A stretch of 64,000 nucleotides of DNA from NCBI GenBank assembly GCA_040348785.1, contig JBEQTH010000065.1:19461-83460 (forward strand). Reading direction: 5' to 3'. The notes beneath the pieces are model-generated. The model had not been told where the DNA came from, made no database searches, and worked only from the letters and a program-made list of their open reading frames with translations. Shown here one piece after another: positions 22,333-29,823 of this stretch. This stretch comes from Myxococcales bacterium (lineage in GTDB: Bacteria; Myxococcota_A; Polyangia; Polyangiales; Polyangiaceae). A program made the position numbers and the translations under genes. Positions within the stretch are counted from its first letter, which is position 1. The number at the start of each line of letters is the position of its first letter.

Positions 22333-22607
22333 GTTCTCCCGTTCGAACGGGAAGTCATCGAGCCCCCAGTCGAACGATCAGTGCGCGGGGTCTCGTTTCG
22401 CGTCGCGACGCCGGAAGACATCGTGGTGATGAAGGCGATTGCTAAGCGCCCTCGCGACATCGCTGACATCGGAGCAATCTTGGCGCCGGGCACGAGCTCG
22501 ACTTGAGGCGCGTCCGCGGGCTCCTAAAGGCCTTCACGGAAGCGTTGGAGAGCGACGACTTCTCTGCAGAGTTCGAACGTCTCTCCCATCATCGCCGCGG
22601 CTCGTAG
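22333..22607 (+). pseudogene. C-terminal fragment of a nucleotidyltransferase (TA-associated type)
   Basis: VLPFEREVIE...RVATPEDIVVMKAIAKRPRDIADI, then a frameshift to LDLRRVRGLLKAF; no N-terminus. Confidence 0.7.
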
Positions 22608-22626
22608 GTGATGGCCATCTCAGCCC

Positions 22627-22789
22627 CTCGAGGCAGGTGCTCTCCCGCTGGTTGACGCTCTCCCTGAGCTCATGACGCCGGCTAGTGCGGCTCTGGGAGT
22701 GCCTTCCTTGGCTGAACCCGGTGAAGGGGTGGGCCAAGGTTGGGCCAGCGAATCAACAATCAGCGGTGTTTCTGGGCGTCCCCAAGGGG
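22627..22789 (+). repeat. ~165-bp direct repeat copy B
   Basis: Homologous to 19911-20075; ends in tRNA-Glu 3' copy 3. Confidence 0.95.
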
Positions 22790-22796
22790 ATTCGAA
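22776..22796 (-). repeat. att site (21-bp tRNA-Glu 3' duplication)
   Basis: GCGTCCCCAAGGGGATTCGAA is identical to 34507-34527. Confidence 0.95.
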
Positions 22797-22862
22797 ACAT
22801 TGCTGACCTCGGCAGAACACGCGGAATTCGGAGGAATTCGGCTGGCGATCGTCGCGTAGTTG

Positions 22863-23162
22863 TTAGGGATGCGGTGTGATCGCTATGATCAATATCCGGC
22901 CGCGACTGTTCGGGGGGTAGCAAAAGAAGATGCGGTACGCGCCCGGCGTATTGTTTTGCGCATAAGCTTCGAAAAGCGTGTCGCCGTGCGGGCAGACCGC
23001 GCCTTTGACGCTGTGCACGTTGAGCCCGCGGTAATTCGGATCCTGCTGAAGGAGCCCGAGTGCTTTGCGCACGGCCTTCAGTTGACGATGTAAGCCGGCA
23101 TCCGCCTCAAGCGCGGCTAGCTGCCCGGCGGCCGCGTCGGTGCGCTCTAGTTCGAATGGCAC
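22863..23162 (-). CDS. RelE/ParE-like type II toxin
   Basis: 99 aa; KALGLLQQDPNYRGLNVH, FEAYAQNNTPGAYRIFF, IIAITPHP. Confidence 0.7.
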   Translation of the reverse strand: MPFELERTDAAAGQLAALEADAGLHRQLKAVRKALGLLQQDPNYRGLNVHSVKGAVCPHGDTLFEAYAQNNTPGAYRIFFCYPPNSRGRILIIAITPHP

Positions 23163-23171
23163 GCGCGGAGA

Positions 23172-23357
23172 CTATTCGTCGTCGTTCGCGTACTTCGTGA
23201 AGTCGCCCCACGGCTTGATCTCACCGCGTCGCGCGCTTTCCAAGCCCGCCTCCAACGCGGCGCGCTTTTCCGCCGAGAACTTCTCCAACGTGCAACCGTC
23301 CTCACCCGAGTTGCTCTCGCGCAGCGACTTCCGTGGGGTCTGTACTTGCTCGTTCAT
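23172..23357 (-). CDS. putative antitoxin
   Basis: Small ORF directly upstream of the toxin; ALEAGLESARRGEI helix and acidic C-terminus. Confidence 0.6.
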   Translation of the reverse strand: MNEQVQTPRKSLRESNSGEDGCTLEKFSAEKRAALEAGLESARRGEIKPWGDFTKYANDDE

Positions 23358-23513
23358 TGCTTCACCTGTTGACACTGTAAACGGTAACACATGGTGGATA
23401 TCCACGCCGTTACTTTCCGCTGATAGTGACCCGGGTATGAACCAGCCCCTTCATACTGAACTATGTATGCGCATTCATAGAAGAATGTGCAAGCTCTTAC
23501 CCCAAGGCGCGGT

Positions 23514-23702
23514 CTAAGGCGCCGAGCACACCCACCGACACGAGCTGCTTTCGAAGGCACATATGCACACCGCGACCGCCCCCGCGTGCCCGTAGCACAT
23601 CGGCCGTAGGTCGAAGCACCGCGGGGCAGGGTCGGCGCTGGCAGCCGGCGCCAGTGCCCAGAACAGACCCAAGGCGAGCACGACGGCGACGAGCTTGCGC
23701 AT
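23514..23702 (-). CDS. small secreted six-cysteine peptide
   Basis: Signal peptide MRKLVAVVLALGLFWALAPAASA followed by a 39-aa mature region with 6 Cys. Confidence 0.6.
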   Translation of the reverse strand: MRKLVAVVLALGLFWALAPAASADPAPRCFDLRPMCYGHAGAVAVCICAFESSSCRWVCSAP

Positions 23703-23733
23703 GGGCCAGGGTACGACCGGCGGGCGCGCAGCG

Positions 23734-23853
23734 CTAGCCCCGAGCCCCACGTCCGCCGGCCCCGCTGGTGCCGCTGGTGCCGCTGGTGCCGGTGCTGCTG
23801 CCGGTGCTGCTGCCGTCTGCGAAGGTGTTGGTCTTGGTGATGATGATGATCAT
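23734..23853 (-). CDS. 39-aa Ser/Thr/Gly-rich peptide
   Basis: MIIIITKTNTFADGSSTGSSTGTSGTSGTSGAGGRGARG*, starting 6 nt after the upstream stop. Confidence 0.35.
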   Translation of the reverse strand: MIIIITKTNTFADGSSTGSSTGTSGTSGTSGAGGRGARG

Positions 23854-23859
23854 GCGGCG

Positions 23860-24336
23860 CTAGAGATTCTGAACGGCGTGTGGCGTGAACGCGCCGGGAT
23901 CCACGGAGAAGTCCCAGCACCCTGTTTCAATCAGCGCGCCACCGTTCACTGTCCCGGCCATCGCTTTCTGGAAGATCACGAGCGAACTCCCGAAAGTGAG
24001 CGAGAGGTTTTGGCCTTGGACCGAGTAGGGATCCGTTTCCGCCGCAGAGTGGGCGACGCACGATGCCGCGTTGGGTAGGAAGTCGATCTCCGACCCGTGG
24101 ATCGAAAAAGTGCCGTTCAATACCTCCGCGCCGTAGTTGCCATTCGTGAGCTGGCAAAGGTAGTTGCTCGAATACGCTGCCCCCTTGAACGAGTAAGTGC
24201 CGACGCACCCGTTCGCAAGCGTGACCTGCCATAGACCCTCTACGGCAGAGCCGCCGGCGTTTTCGTCATCCGAAGACCCGCACGCAGTCGCCAGCACGCA
24301 CATCACCAAAACCGCGAACTTGCTAAATCCCCGCAT
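23860..24336 (-). CDS. lipoprotein (beta-rich, lipocalin-like GxW motif)
   Basis: Lipobox LATAC and VEGLWQV. Confidence 0.75.
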   Translation of the reverse strand: MRGFSKFAVLVMCVLATACGSSDDENAGGSAVEGLWQVTLANGCVGTYSFKGAAYSSNYLCQLTNGNYGAEVLNGTFSIHGSEIDFLPNAASCVAHSAAETDPYSVQGQNLSLTFGSSLVIFQKAMAGTVNGGALIETGCWDFSVDPGAFTPHAVQNL

Positions 24337-24423
24337 CTTGCCACGGCTAGCAGCTCGTGCGGCCAGAGTCTCTAGTTGAAAAGTCAGCGCCGACCGAAAC
24401 CTGTGGACGCCGGGCGTCGAGTT

Positions 24424-24801
24424 TTAGAGGTACGACACCACGCCGTCGAGCCCGCAACCGACGGCTTCGATGTTGCGGGTCCAGTGCTTGGTCGGCAGTG
24501 TGCGCCACCCAATCGCGTCGTTTGCGATGGCCAGAGCAGCGGCCGCGACTGTCGGAAACTCGGCTACGCGCGTGCCCTGAACGTCGATCTGTCGGAGCGT
24601 GACCTCGGTGGCGGTCACAAGCACGATGCGCCCGGGGTCGGCATCACGCCAAGCATCGAGCGCGCTGCTCGCAGGCTTTGGGGTAGGCTTGCCGACGTTG
24701 GCACCCGAGCGACAAGCTGGGCACTTGGTGCTGTGCCATGCACGCGCTTGGCTATAGAGGGCTTCGAAGCCGCACGACTGGCATCGGACTTTGCTGGTCA
24801 T
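24424..24801 (-). CDS. hypothetical Zn-finger protein
   Basis: CQSC...CPAC; ATG overlaps the upstream TAA (TAATG). Confidence 0.65.
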   Translation of the reverse strand: MTSKVRCQSCGFEALYSQARAWHSTKCPACRSGANVGKPTPKPASSALDAWRDADPGRIVLVTATEVTLRQIDVQGTRVAEFPTVAAAALAIANDAIGWRTLPTKHWTRNIEAVGCGLDGVVSYL

Positions 24802-25676
24802 TACGGCACGTACGAGTAAGCGAGCTCGCGCCAAGTTCCCGCGATGTATTTCACGCGAACCTGTCGGACTTCACCCGAAGCAAACTTGAGCGATCGAATC
24901 GTCGTGCCTGCCGGGTTCCTCACATTGACGTAGAAACCCGCGCCGTTCGTCGAGACCTCGATCTCGTCACCCTCCGTGGCCAACGCGGGCAGATTGAAGT
25001 TTTGGTCAGCCGAAGTCGTGGGGAAGTAGTACACGGTCGCAGTTGCCGGCGTAATGACCGTGGTGCTGCCGCTTTGGCTACCGATGACAGCAGGCCGCAC
25101 TACGCGACCCGAGCCCGTGCATAGGAGCGTGGTGCCAATTGCGCCGCCGCCGCCGAACGAAACAGGCCCTTGAAGGCTCACGAGTTGCTGTGTGCTAAGG
25201 GGAGCCGTGAAAACGGTTGTCGCGTTGACGGTGCAAGCGTCGATGTTCGTGTCACCCAGCTGGCTAGAACCATGACAAGCGAAGCTCGTTGCTTGCAGCG
25301 CTTGCGCGCTTGTAGCACCGTTCAAGGTCGTCGCGCCGCCTACGGTCACGTCTGAACTGAACGCGGCCGGAGCTGAGACGGCGAGCGTACCGCTGACCGT
25401 CGTCGAGTGCAGGGCGCTCGTGCCGGCGACGGTGAGATTGCCCTTGAGCTGCGCGAGACCAAGCACTTGGATCGCCATGTTGAAAAAAGCGTTGGCTCGA
25501 AAGCTCACGTCTTCGCCTGTCAGGTTCCCTTTGAGCAGATCGTATAGCCATCGCGTACGGTTCGTGAGTTGCTGAAGAGCGAAGGCAGAAAGCGAAGTCG
25601 CGACGCGATAGTCAACGCCGTCATCGGGCACCGTCACGTTTGCTGAGAAGCTCTGAGTTTCGGAAAGGTTGTGCAA
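24801..25676 (-). CDS. phage tail-fibre-like protein
   Basis: LQQLTNRTRWL motif followed by Thr/Gly-rich beta-repeats (GNLTVAGT, SDVTVGGATTLNG) and LPA...GDEIEV. Confidence 0.55.
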   Translation of the reverse strand: MHNLSETQSFSANVTVPDDGVDYRVATSLSAFALQQLTNRTRWLYDLLKGNLTGEDVSFRANAFFNMAIQVLGLAQLKGNLTVAGTSALHSTTVSGTLAVSAPAAFSSDVTVGGATTLNGATSAQALQATSFACHGSSQLGDTNIDACTVNATTVFTAPLSTQQLVSLQGPVSFGGGGAIGTTLLCTGSGRVVRPAVIGSQSGSTTVITPATATVYYFPTTSADQNFNLPALATEGDEIEVSTNGAGFYVNVRNPAGTTIRSLKFASGEVRQVRVKYIAGTWRELAYSYVP

Positions 25677-25693
25677 GGTCTTTGCTTTCTAGT

Positions 25694-26167
25694 TCAGCGT
25701 GCGTTGACGATAATCGTTTGCGCCACTCCGGCGCTTGCCCCTGCGCCCGCGACTGCAACGGCGCGCAGGTACGACATCGGGTGTCCGCCGCGCACCGCGT
25801 TTGCGACGATGCCGGGCGCCGGTGTCGCGGGGTCGGTGGTCGGGTTGCCGATCGCGACGATCGCGTTTGAGAGCGTGGGATTGTAGCTGTAGGTCGCTTT
25901 GGCAGCGCCGGCAGCGATCTGCGGGAACCGCGCAAAGTCATACCACGTGAGCCCGTCCGGCGAATCTTGGATCGTTACGTCAAGCGTGCCGCCGGTGAGC
26001 CCTTGAAGCGTTGCTTCGATGTTGACGAAGGACGCGCAATCATAGCGCGGCTCCTTTGGGTCGTTCTTGTAGGTGCCGGCCGCATTGAGCGACGCGGCGG
26101 CGAAGGAGAGGTCGAGGGAAGCTTTCACTTTGGCCTTTTCGGTCGAGTCGATGAGCACCGAGCGCAT
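25694..26167 (-). CDS. phage structural-like beta-sandwich protein
   Basis: TLDVTIQDSPDGLTWYD...YLRAV pattern, recalled from phage virion proteins. Confidence 0.5.
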   Translation of the reverse strand: MRSVLIDSTEKAKVKASLDLSFAAASLNAAGTYKNDPKEPRYDCASFVNIEATLQGLTGGTLDVTIQDSPDGLTWYDFARFPQIAAGAAKATYSYNPTLSNAIVAIGNPTTDPATPAPGIVANAVRGGHPMSYLRAVAVAGAGASAGVAQTIIVNAR

Positions 26168-26259
26168 ACGCGCTTGCCGGTGCGCAACAGCACCCAGCCC
26201 GGAGGCACGTCGGCTGGATTGCGTGTTCTAAACGCGCACGATGCGCAGGTGTGTGTCAT
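26125..26259 (-). CDS. 44-aa CxxC...CxxC peptide
   Basis: MTHTCASC...VCARC; overlaps the start of the next gene. Confidence 0.35.
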   Translation of the reverse strand: MTHTCASCAFRTRNPADVPPGWVLLRTGKRVCARCSSTRPKRPK

Positions 26260-26316
26260 CGGAGTTAGGTAGACCGCGAGCGCCCGCGGACCTTGCAGGC
26301 GCTCGCGATCAAGCTC

Positions 26317-27282
26317 TTAGAGCTGCGACGGGTCCGGGCCGACGATCTTTTCGAAGTGGTGATCGGGCTCGTCGGCGGCGTCGAAGTCGAGTTTTGCGCT
26401 GCGCTTGCTGCTCGAGCGGACCGCGCCGGTTTCGATCGTCGAGATTCCGCTATCGTCCAGATCTGCCAGCACGCCGGCGCGTACGACTACCGGCGCAATA
26501 TTGGGCGAGCCTGGCACGCCTACGTTGCCATCGCTGATCACGTTGACCGGGGGCGCTACGTATTCCGCGACGCGCTGCGCTTCGCGCTGTGCGCCGGTCT
26601 TCGCGGCGAAGGCACTCATGGCTTCAGCGCGATCGGCGGCCACGGCGTACTTGGTGAGTACCTCGAAGGCTTGCTTGTGGTCATCAGTCGGGAAGTCGCG
26701 AGGGGCAGTGCGTGCAACGTGTTCGACGGCGCTCTCTAGCGCGTAGAGTGCATCCTCGGTTGACGTGAGGTAGTCCGAGTCGCTCGCCTTGAGCACAGCG
26801 GTCGCGGCCTCGATTGGCGCGCCGTGCAGTGAATCGAGACTCGCGAACACGCTGACCAGATCGGGGTTCTCGTCGATCAGCACCTGCGCGAAGCAGGTTG
26901 CGATCTGGATATGATCGAGTTCTGCGCCGAGCTCGAATTCTATGCGGGCGCGGAAGGCCTTGATCGCGTCACGGATCGCGAGCGTGTTTTTGCGCGTTGG
27001 CTCTTCGTGGTGCGACTTGAAGAGCGGGACGACCGTCTTTCGAACGTTGCTCGCGATCGAGACGCTGCGCTCGAGCGTGAACGCCTTGTCTTCTGCTTCG
27101 AGCTTTGCGATTGCCGCGTCCGCTTTTGCAGTGACGTGGTTGCGTTGCTCTTCGAGAGCTCGGACCTCGTAGGCGCTCTCGTTTTTGATCGTCGCGCGCT
27201 GCTTATCGGAAGTAGCTTTGCGCGCCGCTGCTGATAGCTCGGGGATGACCCCGAGGGACGTGAGCAAAGTGCTGAAGATCAT
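26317..27282 (-). CDS. hypothetical coiled-coil protein
   Basis: 321-aa helical ORF with an ATGA overlap to the upstream ORF. Confidence 0.7.
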   Translation of the reverse strand: MIFSTLLTSLGVIPELSAAARKATSDKQRATIKNESAYEVRALEEQRNHVTAKADAAIAKLEAEDKAFTLERSVSIASNVRKTVVPLFKSHHEEPTRKNTLAIRDAIKAFRARIEFELGAELDHIQIATCFAQVLIDENPDLVSVFASLDSLHGAPIEAATAVLKASDSDYLTSTEDALYALESAVEHVARTAPRDFPTDDHKQAFEVLTKYAVAADRAEAMSAFAAKTGAQREAQRVAEYVAPPVNVISDGNVGVPGSPNIAPVVVRAGVLADLDDSGISTIETGAVRSSSKRSAKLDFDAADEPDHHFEKIVGPDPSQL

Positions 27283-27509
27283 CGCGACCCCCGCACTGCC
27301 GCAACATGGTCGCGTGCATCGTAGGTCGTGGTTCCTTCGCGGTCGGTCAACGCCTTGCCGTAGATCGGCGGCAGGCCCATCTTTTCACGCTGTGCGTCGC
27401 GCTTCTTGGCTTCGTCGATGGTCGCACGTGCCGCGTTGCGGACGCCGGGGTTACTGCTCGCTTCGAGGGCGCGCAGCTCTTTGATCTTGTCGTCGAGTTT
27501 GGTGGCCAT
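27279..27509 (-). CDS. hypothetical protein
   Basis: 76-aa ORF with an A-rich upstream region; coupled to the next gene. Confidence 0.65.
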   Translation of the reverse strand: MATKLDDKIKELRALEASSNPGVRNAARATIDEAKKRDAQREKMGLPPIYGKALTDREGTTTYDARDHVAAVRGSR

Positions 27510-27534
27510 GTTTTCTTTTTGGTTGGGACGGACT

Positions 27535-28149
27535 TCAGAGGGCGAGTTTGTTTTTGCGATCCATCGACATTGATGGGCCGCGGGTAATCACGGTCGCAGC
27601 GTCGAGGTCGACGTGCATGACTGCGAGTTGCTTGGTGAGCGCGGCGTGTCGCTCGACCGCGACGCGGGCAACACGTTCTGCATCGGCGAGCGTCGCGATC
27701 TCTTCGAGCTTGGGGACGACGGGCGCGGGCGGTGCCGTTACCGGCGCTTGCAGGACACTCGCCTGGCCAACACTCACGGGGCGCCATGCGTACTTCATTG
27801 AGCGCAGGTAGTCGTTAACGATCTTGTCGGACGCGCGCAGCGCCTTGCGCTTCTTGGTCGCTGCAATCGCGTCGAGCTTGCGTTGTCGGTCCGCGGCTTT
27901 CTTCTGCTCGGCTTCGCGGCGCTTTTGCTCGTTGTGCTCTTTGACGAACTGCTCGCAGTCTTGCAGGGTTTGGCGGCGTTTCTCTGTTTGCTCGAGCGCG
28001 AGCGCTTCGGCGTTGTGCTCGTTGAACTGCGCATGCGTCATGAATACGTGCGCGGTGCTCTTGCCATCAGCGCGCATCGCCATGACGTAGCCCGAGGGGG
28101 CGCAGTGCCGGCCGTGCTGGGTCACTGCCTTGAGCTTGAACGCGGCCAT
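27535..28149 (-). CDS. hypothetical basic coiled-coil protein
   Basis: 204-aa ORF in the same minus-strand operon. Confidence 0.65.
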   Translation of the reverse strand: MAAFKLKAVTQHGRHCAPSGYVMAMRADGKSTAHVFMTHAQFNEHNAEALALEQTEKRRQTLQDCEQFVKEHNEQKRREAEQKKAADRQRKLDAIAATKKRKALRASDKIVNDYLRSMKYAWRPVSVGQASVLQAPVTAPPAPVVPKLEEIATLADAERVARVAVERHAALTKQLAVMHVDLDAATVITRGPSMSMDRKNKLAL

Positions 28150-28151
28150 GT

Positions 28152-28376
28152 TCAGCGGGGCCCGCCGTGCCAGCCGACAGAGGTGATCGATTGCGCGCCG
28201 TGGCCCGGACCAAAGCCGGGCTCGTCGTTGGGTCGCAACCCGAGCTCTACAAGGGCACGATGCACGCGACCGCCGGCGAGGCCGCGGATGGGTTGCCCTT
28301 GGAGGGCGCGTTGCGCAGTGCGTTGGCAGACGCCGGCGCGGGCAGCGACCGTGAGTACTAATTGCTGATCAATCAT
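28152..28376 (-). CDS. small HTH DNA-binding protein
   Basis: VAARAGVCQRTAQRALQG...RVHRALVELG (LacI/Cro-like HTH). Confidence 0.65.
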   Translation of the reverse strand: MIDQQLVLTVAARAGVCQRTAQRALQGQPIRGLAGGRVHRALVELGLRPNDEPGFGPGHGAQSITSVGWHGGPR

Positions 28377-28481
28377 AACGATTGATCTTAATGTAGCTTC
28401 ATGTTTTCAGGGCGCACGTAACTGCCAATCTGCGCCGAGATATGCTGTGGACCCAACTACACAGCTAGCTAGTCTCACGCT

Positions 28482-29045
28482 TCAGCGCGGTACGAACGGA
28501 CCCGGCGCCGGAGCTGCCAACGCGACCGCGATGGTCTCGGCATGCATCCCGCGCTCGAGTAGCTCGGCGGTCGCCTGCTCTCGCCCGACGGCAGCGGCGC
28601 GCGCCTGCACCTTGCGGATGATGAACGAGTGCAGCGGGAGAGGCAGCGGCACGGCCGGCGGGCGTGGTGCGGGCGGCGCGGCATGGCGCGCCTGCGCCGG
28701 CTCGAAGGGCGCCGAGGGTTCGAGGGAGGCGAGCGGCGCTGTCGCCATCGGGTGCGCGGTGCGCTCGACCGGAAGCGAGACCGGAGGCGAGACCGCGACC
28801 GTGGGCGGCGCTTGTGTGAGGTCCCAAGACCGCTCTGGGATGTTGAATCTGTTCTCGAGGATCTCCCGGTTCACCTCCGAGGGGCGGAGCGCGCCGGACC
28901 GCCAGCGGCTGATCGTCATCGCGCTCACACCGATGGTGTAACCAACTGTCGCATGATCACCGACGACAGCGCACAGTAGGCGCTGCCCTTCGGTCACGAG
29001 GTTCGGATGCAGGGCTGGGTGGTTCGGACTTCGCGGCGCGCGCAT
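28482..29045 (-). CDS. XRE-type HTH protein (possible small terminase or regulator)
   Basis: IGVSAMTISRWRSGALRP HTH, Pro-rich linker, helical C-terminus. Confidence 0.6.
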   Translation of the reverse strand: MRAPRSPNHPALHPNLVTEGQRLLCAVVGDHATVGYTIGVSAMTISRWRSGALRPSEVNREILENRFNIPERSWDLTQAPPTVAVSPPVSLPVERTAHPMATAPLASLEPSAPFEPAQARHAAPPAPRPPAVPLPLPLHSFIIRKVQARAAAVGREQATAELLERGMHAETIAVALAAPAPGPFVPR

Positions 29046-29080
29046 GCGTTAAGTTTGGGCCGCCGTTATCGAGGGCGCCG

Positions 29081-29262
29081 CTAACGTGCGTTTTCGGCCA
29101 CTAACGCCCTCCTAACGTCGCACTAACGTCGAAAAAACGATCGCGAAAAACCTGCTAACTAGTCGTGATCGCCGGATTAGTTGTTGAGTCGCGTCGTCGC
29201 ATCGTGGCACAGATTCCCGACGGTAACGGCGCTAACGTAGATCTTTTTTGCCCGGGCAAAAA
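29081..29262. repeat. CTAACG direct repeats plus an 18-bp perfect palindrome
   Basis: CTAACG at 29081, 29101, 29112, 29123 and 29232; TTTTTGCCCGGGCAAAAA at 29245-29262. Confidence 0.8.
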
Positions 29263-29337
29263 TATCGCTCAGGGGCCCGCTAGGCCCCGGGCGGGTCTAT
29301 TAGCTGTTACAGAGGGGTAACCGCCTTGCGGGGCGGC

Positions 29338-29464
29338 GCAGCGCGCCGGCATGGGCAGCGCGCCGGCATGGGCAGCGCGCTCGGCTGGGCAGCGCGCTCG
29401 GCTGGGCAGCGCGCTCGGCATGGGCACCGCGCTCGCCTGGGCACCGCGCTCGGCTGGGCAGCGC
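29338..29464. repeat. tandem repeat, 17-18-bp unit, 7 copies
   Basis: Consensus GCAGCGCGCTCGGCTGG. Confidence 0.9.
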
Positions 29465-29609
29465 AGACGCTATGCCGACCAGTTAACCCGAGTCTCTCTC
29501 CAAAACTTGTCTTGCTCTCGTTTGCCCCGCCACAACCTCACCCCCTCCTTACGGAGGGTGAGGGTGGTGTGCATCAGGCATTCACGATCCAGCAGAAAAC
29601 ATGCGGTCA

Positions 29610-29800
29610 AACCCGGTCCCAACCAAAACTAGTCGATCGAGCCGGGACCGGACGATCGAGCCTAATTTGGCTGTAGAACCCGGTCCCAAACGCCCCGAAA
29701 AGGACCTAATTCTGCAAAACACACGATCGAGCCTAATTAGGCTGTAGAACCCGGTCCCGGCGTTCCAGCGCTCTCATCTCGAAAGGCTACGTCGGGACCG
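29610..29800. repeat. iteron-like cluster (candidate replication origin)
   Basis: 36-bp direct repeat at 29652-29687 and 29723-29758 (1 mismatch); AACCCGGTCCC three times; inverted GGGACCG twice. Confidence 0.8.
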
Positions 29801-29823
29801 CACTGTCACTGTAATTTGACAGT

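Larger units (their letters stand above)
20062..22796. mobile_element. att-bounded cassette 2 (beta-propeller lipoprotein and nucleotidyltransferase remnant)
   Basis: Flanked by tRNA-Glu 3' copies at 20062 and 22776; both ends are homologous to those of cassette 1. Confidence 0.7.

Noticed and set aside
23734-23853. RiPP precursor interpretation of the Ser/Thr/Gly peptide
   Set aside because: No modifying enzymes, protease or transporter nearby
29338-29464. Possible CRISPR array
   Set aside because: Tandem units have no unique spacers, and no cas genes are present
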